From: a bacterium
GTDB taxonomy: Bacteria > Zhuqueibacterota > Zhuqueibacteria > Oceanimicrobiales > Oceanimicrobiaceae
Assembly: GCA_046757025.1 (NCBI GenBank)
Contig: JBHHXN010000136.1
Location: forward strand, 1 to 14,407
Length of the DNA stretch: 14,407 nucleotides
Reading direction: 5' to 3'
The notes below the pieces were generated by a model. The model ran no database searches and was not told the origin of the DNA. It saw nothing but the letters and a program-made list of their open reading frames with translations. Position numbers and translations under genes: made by a program. Positions 1 to 6,754 of the stretch are shown here, piece after piece (positions within the stretch are counted from its first letter, which is position 1; the number at the start of each line of letters is the position of its first letter).

Positions 1-94
1 CGAAGGGCTCATGAAAGGCCCCGCTGAGCCAGGCAGGAATTCACTCTCGGCCAGGAGGCCTTCGGGAAGATTGGGTGGTTTTCGTTCAGTCTCT
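1..94. repeat. Probable right end of a MITE/REP-like element, truncated by the window edge
   Basis: CGAAGGGCTC (1-10) and GAGGCCTTCG (55-64) form a 9/10 inverted pair. TTTTCGTTCAGTCTC (79-93) resembles the right TIR TTTTCACACAGTCTG (9875-9889) of the element at 9711-9889. Confidence 0.35.
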
Positions 95-160
95 ATTTAT
101 ATACACCGTCTTCGGTTTGGTGCAGAATTATCAAGCTCAAAAGCCCATTTGGTAGCTTGT

Positions 161-1615
161 TCAATAATTGCCTTTTGGGGGTCTAAAAAAGTGCAGCACA
201 AAGATGAGCAGTCCATAAATTTCTAGTCGGCCCAACAGCATTGTAAAAGTCAGTATCCATTTTCCTGTGCCCGGTACGTGGCTAAAATTACTCATGGAAC
301 CCACCGTGCCCAGACCGGGCCCAACGTTGCCGGTGGTGGCCACGGAGGCGGAAAAAGCCGACAGCATGTCCATGCCGACGGCGATCAACCCAACTGAAGC
401 GATGAAAACGATTCCTAAATAGGCGATGATATACAGAATGCCCATGGATAGAACCTCATCCGGTACCGGATTGTTGTTGATGCGTACCGGAATCACCGCA
501 TGCGGATGCTGGATTTGCTTGATTTGTTTGGCCAGGGCTTTGAATAAAATAACCACCCGGTCGGTTTTTATGCCGCCGGAGGTCGAGCCGGTGCAGGCAC
601 ATTGCAGCGAAAAGAACAAAAGTAAAATTTGAGAGATTGGCGGCCATACCGATGAATCGCTGTTGGCAAAGCCCGTGGAAGTGCCTACCGAGACGATTTG
701 AAATGCGGAGTAGCGTAGCGCCTCTCCCCAGCTCTGGTAAGACGCCCCATGCACATCGATGGTTGCCATGAGCACGCCCACCATCATGGCTGCGAGGTAA
801 TATCTCACAACTGTGGATTTCCAGAGATTGCGGGATTTTTCGAAGACAGTGGCGAACAAGAGTGCAAAGTGAATTCCTGACAGTACCATAAAGATGAGGA
901 TGACGGTTTCCATGGCGAGATTGTTGTAATGCGCAATGCTGGTGTTTTTGGGTGAAAAGCCGCCGGTAGCGATGGTGGCAAACGAGTGCGTGACCGCATC
1001 GAACAGATTCATGCCGCAAAACATCAGGGCGATGGATTCCAGCACGGTTAAGCTGAGATAAATGGTCAACAAAACCTTCAATGTGGTCTTGGCGTTGTAG
1101 CGAAAATTTTCCCGCGCTAATTGCGACATTTCCATTCGGTATAAAACCAATCCCGCTATCCCTATGGAAGGCAGGACCGACAGCACAAACAGGATGATAC
1201 CGATGCCGCCGATCAGGTGTGTGGCGGAGCGCCAGAATAAAAGCCCAAGAGGCAGCGCCTCGATGTTGCTTAAAATGGTTGAGCCGGTGGTGGTGTAGCC
1301 GGAAACGCTTTCAAACCAGGCGTTAGTAAAAGTAAATTCGCCGCCCCAGAGCATATACGGCAGAGTGCCCGCAAGACAGGAAAGCAGCCAACTGGATACC
1401 ACAATAAACAATCCTTCGCGATTGGTAATGTAATCAGATGGCGGCACAAAGATGAGTGGAAACGCTCCGAACAACGCTGAAACCAGCGCGCTGTACAGCA
1501 GTGGAAAAGTGGAGGACTCGGAATTGAGAATCGAAATGATGGCGGAAATGAGCAAAAACAGCGCATTAAATAAAAGCACGAAGCCAACGTATCGTAAAAC
1601 GACATGCAATCTCAT
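161..1615 (-). CDS. trkH: Trk-system potassium uptake membrane protein TrkH
   Basis: 484-aa polytopic membrane protein with four pore-loop motifs (ESVSGYTTTG, FATIATGGF, VGTSTGF, TTGNVGPG), the GSTSGGIK..R intramembrane loop and a C-terminal MLLGRLEI. Confidence 0.95.
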   Translation of the reverse strand: MRLHVVLRYVGFVLLFNALFLLISAIISILNSESSTFPLLYSALVSALFGAFPLIFVPPSDYITNREGLFIVVSSWLLSCLAGTLPYMLWGGEFTFTNAWFESVSGYTTTGSTILSNIEALPLGLLFWRSATHLIGGIGIILFVLSVLPSIGIAGLVLYRMEMSQLARENFRYNAKTTLKVLLTIYLSLTVLESIALMFCGMNLFDAVTHSFATIATGGFSPKNTSIAHYNNLAMETVILIFMVLSGIHFALLFATVFEKSRNLWKSTVVRYYLAAMMVGVLMATIDVHGASYQSWGEALRYSAFQIVSVGTSTGFANSDSSVWPPISQILLLFFSLQCACTGSTSGGIKTDRVVILFKALAKQIKQIQHPHAVIPVRINNNPVPDEVLSMGILYIIAYLGIVFIASVGLIAVGMDMLSAFSASVATTGNVGPGLGTVGSMSNFSHVPGTGKWILTFTMLLGRLEIYGLLIFVLHFFRPPKGNY

Positions 1616-2376
1616 TGTTGCGCCTCAGGTGTTTCGAGAAGCGCACACAGCGTTTTGATGGCAAAAACTAAATCCTGAAACTCATCTTGGCTCTCGATCT
1701 CAATCTCGAAGGGCACCTTGCGTTCGACAAATTTCTTCACACGTTTGGTGATCTTGACGATGGGATCGGTTACATAGAAATGAACAAAATAATTGAAGAT
1801 CAGAGTAAAAATAAGCGCGGCGACGATGGCTACCACGCCGGGCATGATGGCACGGTTGGCGCGATTTTGCAGCTTAGAAGCGGTTCCGTAAATGCTTTGT
1901 TCGTTTAGAAGTAACAATTTATGGACCGCCGCCTTCACATCAGAGAAGGCGCGGTGCATTTGGGCAAAATACCAGTCCAGGTCGCCTTGCTTGTTCGTTC
2001 CAACGATTGGCCTATCCCAGAGCTCTTTGTAGATCTGGTAAGTTGCTTTTATGGAGTCGAGGTGTGCCGCTTCGCCTGGAATAGTGAGATTTTGTTGTGC
2101 ATTTTTGAATTCATCTTGAAAGGCGCTATCCGCCTGAGTTAGAATGTTGCGGCCCTGCTTCCAGTTTCCGGAGAGCAGCAATAAAATCGCGCTGTCCTCT
2201 CTTTCAAGCGCTGCCATCATCTTGTTGGCCATGTTGATGCTTTTATAGTTTTCATTCAGCAGTTTGGGCACAGAAGTGCCAAGCGAGGTGATTTCATAGA
2301 TTGACCAGACTCCGGCGATCAATAACATGGTGGCTAAAATCAGAAATCCAGATAAAATCTTTAAACGCAAGCCCAT
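1612..2376 (-). CDS. Membrane sensor-like protein: TM + extracytoplasmic four-helix bundle (4HB_MCP-like) + TM + HAMP, with no output domain
   Basis: 254 aa with two hydrophobic segments (ILSGFLILATMLLIAGVWSIY; IMPGVVAIVAALIFTLIFNYF) and a HAMP signature (VTDPIVKIT...IEIESQDEFQDLVFAI). The protein ends right after the HAMP domain. GGAG SD upstream; the stop overlaps the trkH start (ATGA, 1612-1615). Confidence 0.85.
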   Translation of the reverse strand: MGLRLKILSGFLILATMLLIAGVWSIYEITSLGTSVPKLLNENYKSINMANKMMAALEREDSAILLLLSGNWKQGRNILTQADSAFQDEFKNAQQNLTIPGEAAHLDSIKATYQIYKELWDRPIVGTNKQGDLDWYFAQMHRAFSDVKAAVHKLLLLNEQSIYGTASKLQNRANRAIMPGVVAIVAALIFTLIFNYFVHFYVTDPIVKITKRVKKFVERKVPFEIEIESQDEFQDLVFAIKTLCALLETPEAQQ

Positions 2377-2405
2377 GGAAATTCTCCGAAATAAATTAGA
2401 TTGAA

Positions 2406-2588
2406 TACGGCTATCCAGTTAGCTCAGCAAACCTCCAGAATGGTCATTCTGAGCGATCCCGCTCAGCGGGAGAGCGAAGAATCTCATGCTACTGAGCTTG
2501 ATTGAATGAATAAAGTTTGGTGGTCTGAGATTCTTCCGTCGCCTCGCTCCTTCAGAATGACATTTTCTGAGTAAATTGGATAACCGTA
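2406..2588. mobile_element. 183-bp MITE with 22-bp TIRs, a 9-bp target-site duplication and an internal REP-like palindrome
   Basis: Left TIR TACGGCTATCCAGTTAGCTCAG (2406-2427) matches the right TIR reverse complement TACGGTTATCCAATTTACTCAG (2567-2588) at 18/22. TAGATTGAA is directly repeated at 2397-2405 and 2589-2597. Internal perfect stems lie at 2443-2452/2552-2561 and 2476-2486/2526-2536. Confidence 0.85.
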
Positions 2589-2620
2589 TAGATTGAAACG
2601 GGCAATTAAATCAGCGCGCA

Positions 2621-2649
2621 AATGTAATAAATCAGAAAGCGATTTACAA
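2621..2649 (-). promoter_or_regulatory. Putative sigma70 promoter for the HAMP-trkH unit
   Basis: Minus strand TTGTAA (2649-2644) - 17 nt - TACATT (2626-2621). Confidence 0.5.
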
Positions 2650-2996
2650 CCTTATTTTGATTTTGTTGGCTCATTTTAAAGTTTCAAAATGGCCGAAGGG
2701 ACGGCGAGATTTCTGCAGTACCAAAGGATCATTGCAGACAGAAGCGCGGTCGATAAAGGTGGATGAGTTTTTTTGGGGGGGGCTTGCTTGAAATCCTGAT
2801 CACTCAAAACCGTGTTGGATTCGAAATGACAACCATTTTCATCGTTTTCGTCCAATCACTATTTAGAAATGGGTTATATGTAATTGGGAGATATTTACCC
2901 ATTCAGGAAGTCGGCCATTTTTATTGATGATAATTGGTGGAATCGTTCGGAATTTTTGGACAGCCACGCTATGCCCGCTTTGATCCGAATCCGATT

Positions 2997-5030
2997 TTAC
3001 ACAGCTTCCTGTATATTATCGCGGTCTAATTCCTTCCGAATGGCGTTGGCTAAATTTTTGGGTGAAATGGGCTTGGGCACGAAGCCGCCGGCGCCCAACG
3101 ATATGGCTTCTTCGACTCTTTGTGAAACCGCAAATCCGGAGAGAATGATGGCTTTCTGGGTGGAATTGTATTTTAATATCTGCCGGTAAGTCTCGGCGCC
3201 ATCGATGCCATCCATCACCATATCGAGGATGACCAGATCGTGGGGCGTATCCTGCACAATTTTCACCGCCTCTTCGCCGCTGGTCGCTACGCTCACCTGG
3301 TACCCCAGGCGCTGCAAAAGATGGCTGGCCACCTCTCTTTGCACGGGGTCATCATCCACAACCAGAATGCGTTCTCCCTTGCCTTCTAACATGGTCGAGC
3401 TTTCGGGTAGTTCGCTTTCTGCAGTTCGATAGACTGGGAAATACAGTGAAAAAGTCGTGCCTTTGCCGAGCTCGCTGTCGATGGTGATGTAACCTTCGTG
3501 ATCCTCTATGATACCATGTACGATACTCAAACCCAGCCCGGAACCGCGCATGCGATCCATCTTCTTTGTGGTGAAAAAAGGATCGAAAATTTTGTTAAAG
3601 ATTTTGGGTTCAATGCCAGTACCCGTGTCTGTTATTTCAGTTTTCACATATTCACCGCGATTGACCGTTTGATATCTTTGCAACGGTTCCTCCAGATAGA
3701 CATTTTGGGTTTTTACAGTCAGCACCCCCAGCCCTTGCATGGCTTCTTTGGCATTGATGATTAAATTGGTAAAGGCGCGTGTAAGCTGAGCTCCTCCCCC
3801 TTTTATCTTCAGAATTTCTGAGGTGAAATCCGTATTCACCACCATTCCGGGAGGCAGTTTCAGTGAATTCAAAATGGTCTGTAGCAGGTCGTTTAAATCG
3901 AGTACCTCCATGCTGTAATGACCGCGTCGGCCCAAAGCGAGCAATTGCTGATTTATTTCGGCGATTTTGTTGGCAGCGGCCTCGATGTCGTCCACCAGCT
4001 CCAGCGCGGAATGCCCTTTGGGCAAATCTTCGCGAATCAGAGTGGGGTAAGCTGTTAGAGGCGCTAGCAGGTTGTTAAAATCGTGGGCGATCTGGCCGGC
4101 GACCAATCCAGCCGTTTCCAAGCGTTGTGAGCGGGCGATTTCATTTTGCAAGCGTTTGCGTTCGGTGATGTCGCGCACCACCACTTGACCGGCGGGTTGG
4201 CCGTCGTAGATGATAGGGATGGCCACGACCTCCACCTCCACCTCCTTGCCATCTTGCTGCCGCACGATGTTATTTTCAAAATAAGAAACCTCGGTGCCTT
4301 TTTCCAGTATTTCTCGCACATGGGTTTTCAAGGCAGTTCTGGTTTCCGGTTTGATGAAATAGAAGACCGGCTTACCGATGATGGCTTTTGCGCTGCTGGC
4401 CCCGATGAGTTTGATGCCGGCTTCATTCACATAGACCCATTTGCCGCCGCTGTGCACCGCGATGGGAACAGGTGAAAATTTGATCAAACGGCGAAATCTT
4501 TCCTCGCTTTCTCGCAGTGCTTTCATGGCTGCTTTTTGCTCGGTGACATTGCGCGCGATTCCTCGCACAGCCGCGGCCTGGCCATTTTTCGTGATCAGGG
4601 AATTGCGAAATTCAAAAACAGAGTCCTGCCCATCCTTGCTCGTCAGGTGGAAATGTCCGCTGGTCTGACTTCTCTGGCTGATTTCTTTTAAATAAAGTTC
4701 CACATCTTTATGGTATTTTGGAGCGATGATATCTTTCAGTGTTTTACCGATCAAGTCTTTTTTGTCATAACCGAGAAATTGACTGAGGGCGGCATTGATT
4801 TTCAATATTTCGCCATCGAGGGAATGGATGTACACGATATCGGAAACGTTATCGAACAGGTCACTGTATTGTTTTTCGCTCTTGCGCAGCTCAGCCATCT
4901 TCTCTTTTTGTGCGGCAAGAAATCGACGTTGACTGGAAATAATGATGAGGATCATGCTGGTGCCCAGCATCAACAAAACTATAGTGCCGACGATAAAAGC
5001 CCACCATAATTCAAACGATGGTGAAAACAA
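2997..5030 (-). CDS. Hybrid sensor histidine kinase (1 TM, PAS, PAS, HisKA, HATPase_c, REC; NtrB/CckA-like)
   Basis: Single N-terminal TM helix; two PAS-PAC repeats ending RNVTEQK and RDITERK; H-box IAHDFNNLL; N-box NLIINAKEAM; G1 DTGTGI; F-box FDPFFTTK; G2 GSGLGL; receiver ILVVDDD...LVILDMVM...FVPKP. TTG start with AGGAGG 6 nt upstream. Confidence 0.95.
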   Translation of the reverse strand: MFSPSFELWWAFIVGTIVLLMLGTSMILIIISSQRRFLAAQKEKMAELRKSEKQYSDLFDNVSDIVYIHSLDGEILKINAALSQFLGYDKKDLIGKTLKDIIAPKYHKDVELYLKEISQRSQTSGHFHLTSKDGQDSVFEFRNSLITKNGQAAAVRGIARNVTEQKAAMKALRESEERFRRLIKFSPVPIAVHSGGKWVYVNEAGIKLIGASSAKAIIGKPVFYFIKPETRTALKTHVREILEKGTEVSYFENNIVRQQDGKEVEVEVVAIPIIYDGQPAGQVVVRDITERKRLQNEIARSQRLETAGLVAGQIAHDFNNLLAPLTAYPTLIREDLPKGHSALELVDDIEAAANKIAEINQQLLALGRRGHYSMEVLDLNDLLQTILNSLKLPPGMVVNTDFTSEILKIKGGGAQLTRAFTNLIINAKEAMQGLGVLTVKTQNVYLEEPLQRYQTVNRGEYVKTEITDTGTGIEPKIFNKIFDPFFTTKKMDRMRGSGLGLSIVHGIIEDHEGYITIDSELGKGTTFSLYFPVYRTAESELPESSTMLEGKGERILVVDDDPVQREVASHLLQRLGYQVSVATSGEEAVKIVQDTPHDLVILDMVMDGIDGAETYRQILKYNSTQKAIILSGFAVSQRVEEAISLGAGGFVPKPISPKNLANAIRKELDRDNIQEAV

Positions 5031-5617
5031 ACAAAGCCTCCTGCGTAAAATAAATTTGAAATGATATTCAACAAGGAATGGTGAAAGGACCAGTTACCGA
5101 TGAGGTTGCTGAGTGCGAACGAAAGCAAGTTGCCGGTGAAATAGATCAACACTGCGGAGGCCACCCAAAAACGCTCATCCCGAAAAAGGGATTTCATACT
5201 TTCTCTGTGCACCTCGTACATGGTTAGCGCCGCAATGCCCACCAGAAACACGCATTCGAGTGAGGCGGTGTAATTATCTGGTTGATCAAACTTCTCAAAA
5301 AATATCTTTGCAATGATCCAAATTACCGCAAACATCAGAATGCTCAACCGCAGCACTTTTTTAAACACGACGTTTTTCTGCCACGATGAAAAAATTAAAA
5401 CCAGAAAACAGTATTCACCCAAAGTGTAGAAATGATACAACCAGATATTGGGGGCTTTAAATAATATCAAATAATGGCCGATGGAATCGATGAAGAAACC
5501 GAAGATAAACATATAAAGAAGAAGCCTCAACTGCAAATTCAACCGAGGAAATTTGTACAGGCCACAGAATATGGGGATCAGGCAGGTTAAGGATGAAAAG
5601 TAATCAAAATAGCTCAT
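4979..5617 (-). CDS. Uncharacterised 7-TM integral membrane protein, probable receptor/accessory subunit of the adjacent kinase
   Basis: 212 aa with about 7 hydrophobic segments and intramembrane polar residues (D44, NIWLYHFY..GE68, FWVASAVLIYFTGN, LLNIISN). Its 3' end overlaps the kinase start by 52 bp. Confidence 0.8.
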   Translation of the reverse strand: MSYFDYFSSLTCLIPIFCGLYKFPRLNLQLRLLLYMFIFGFFIDSIGHYLILFKAPNIWLYHFYTLGEYCFLVLIFSSWQKNVVFKKVLRLSILMFAVIWIIAKIFFEKFDQPDNYTASLECVFLVGIAALTMYEVHRESMKSLFRDERFWVASAVLIYFTGNLLSFALSNLIGNWSFHHSLLNIISNLFYAGGFVCFHHRLNYGGLLSSAL

Positions 5618-5752
5618 TTTAACTACATTTATCTCGATTTAGCAACATTGTGCGACAAAAAATATAAAAAGCCTTTAGCGGTCGTAAAATGATTCCCACG
5701 AACAAATAAAATCTCAAGAATCTAACAATCTTCGCAACTTCTTCAAAGTTTC

Positions 5753-5781
5753 AATATACAATTTTCAGACCCATTTGTCAA
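5753..5781 (-). promoter_or_regulatory. Near-consensus sigma70 promoter for the 7TM-kinase pair
   Basis: Minus strand TTGACA (5781-5776) - 17 nt - TATATT (5758-5753), about 135 nt upstream of the ATG at 5617. Confidence 0.7.
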
Positions 5782-5856
5782 ATTAAATTAATGTTTTTTA
5801 CGCGGGGGGCATTCTGCGCAGAGCTGCGGTTATCAAAAAACTATCGAGATAAAGGT

Positions 5857-5973
5857 GCCTCCGATACACAAATACGACTAATTCTTTCTGCATCCAGCAC
5901 ATTTTTCAAAATGTCACTCTCAGCGAAACAATTGTTATTGAGTTAATTAGCAGTATTTATTGGCATCGGAGGC
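5857..5973. repeat. Degenerate MITE-like remnant
   Basis: GCCTCCGAT (5857-5865) and ATCGGAGGC (5965-5973) form a perfect inverted pair that extends imperfectly to AAATAC/GTATTT. The internal GTCACTCTCAGCGA (5913-5926) is 12/14 identical to GTCATTCTGAGCGA (2443-2456). Confidence 0.4.
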
Positions 5974-6040
5974 TTGAGCTAAATGTTAAAGTTATTTAAT
6001 TCAAATGTCCTCGTTATTTCCAATTTGATACAATGAACCA

Positions 6041-6496
6041 TTAGAAATTGGAAGACAATTCCATGCTCAGCAACGGACTGTTTAAATCGTTATCTTCCGG
6101 ACAGTAAGGTGGGCACATGGCGCTGCGCTGTGCCAGCAATCCGTTGATCATGTCGTTACCGTTTTTGTCCACACCCACTAATACGATATGCGGCAGTCCA
6201 TCCTTATCCAGACCGTAATAGTATCTCAGACCCACGGCGCCGTCTTGCTGTAAAATGTTGATGATGGCGTTTTTGCCAAAATAGCCGCCAATTACCTGGT
6301 TGGGAGTAATTTGTTTTTGAAAATTCGCGGTCAGCTCACTGGCCTCAGAAAGCGAAATCGAATGATCTTCCTCACCGTTAAATTTCACTTGCGGCATCTC
6401 TTCTTTTGTAAAAATGTCCGAATAGGTGAATACTAAAAAGGCACAGCTTACAACGATCATCAGATAAACGAAAATGGATTTTCTTGAAAATAACAT
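6041..6496 (-). CDS. 151-aa exported/membrane-anchored hypothetical protein with a C-terminal CPPYC motif
   Basis: GGAGGT lies 5 nt before the ATG at 6496, a better start than the TTG at 6556. The N-terminus is basic then hydrophobic (MLFSRKSIFVYLMIVVSCAFLVFTY). A compact alpha/beta domain follows (ISLSEA..., GYFGKNAI..IL.Q.G..GLRYYYGLD...IVLVGVD..GND), then SAMCPPYCP. Confidence 0.85.
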   Translation of the reverse strand: MLFSRKSIFVYLMIVVSCAFLVFTYSDIFTKEEMPQVKFNGEEDHSISLSEASELTANFQKQITPNQVIGGYFGKNAIINILQQDGAVGLRYYYGLDKDGLPHIVLVGVDKNGNDMINGLLAQRSAMCPPYCPEDNDLNSPLLSMELSSNF

Positions 6497-6554
6497 AACA
6501 CACCTCCAAAAGTTAAAATCTAAAACTGATTTAATATACTCCATTAATTTAGAC

Positions 6555-6596
6555 AAAAAACGTCATCGCCACCAAATGTCACCAACGGGCGGCGAT
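6555..6596 (-). terminator. Possible attenuator/terminator hairpin in the leader of the CPPYC gene
   Basis: ATCGCCGCC (6596-6588) pairs with GGTGGCGAT (6573-6565), including one G-U pair. It is followed by GACG and then TTTTTT (6560-6555); the U-run is offset 4 nt from the stem, which is imperfect for an intrinsic terminator. Confidence 0.35.
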
Positions 6597-6625
6597 TTGT
6601 TGAGAGTACGGAATGATTTTGACAT
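6563..6625 (-). CDS. Putative 20-aa leader/small peptide MSKSFRTLNKSPPVGDIWWR
   Basis: Read by hand: AAGGGAGGG SD, ATG at 6625, TGA at 6565-6563. It is below the ORF-track size cutoff. Confidence 0.4.
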   Translation of the reverse strand: MSKSFRTLNKSPPVGDIWWR

Positions 6626-6730
6626 GATGCCTGACCCTCCCTTGATTTTAAAGTGAAGTGAACTTAATGAAACGGAAACTCTAAATCATCCTGTAGTATA
6701 TGATTGTTTTTTAATATTTTTGCTCAATAA

Positions 6731-6754
6731 TCCACACGGATCAATCCTTGTGGA
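6731..6754. promoter_or_regulatory. 24-bp palindrome, candidate transcription-factor site
   Basis: TCCACACGGAT-CA-ATCCTTGTGGA, with arms 10/11 complementary. It lies about 30 nt upstream of a minus-strand TATACT (6700-6695) that has no well-spaced -35. Confidence 0.4.

Noticed and set aside
11..226. 71-aa plus-strand ORF
   Set aside because: It runs through a repeat-like element into the antisense of the trkH 3' end and has no protein features.
2768..2782. T7G8 homopolymer as a slipped-strand phase-variation tract
   Set aside because: It is short, intergenic, and more than 100 bp from the predicted promoter elements.
4979..5617. Microbial rhodopsin interpretation of the 7-TM protein
   Set aside because: There is no lysine in the seventh helix for a retinal Schiff base and no RYxDW-like helix-3 motif.
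6497..6556. First 20 codons of the listed 171-aa ORF (TTG start at 6556)
   Set aside because: There is no SD at 6556. GGAGGT precedes the ATG at 6496, which places the signal/anchor sequence at the N-terminus.
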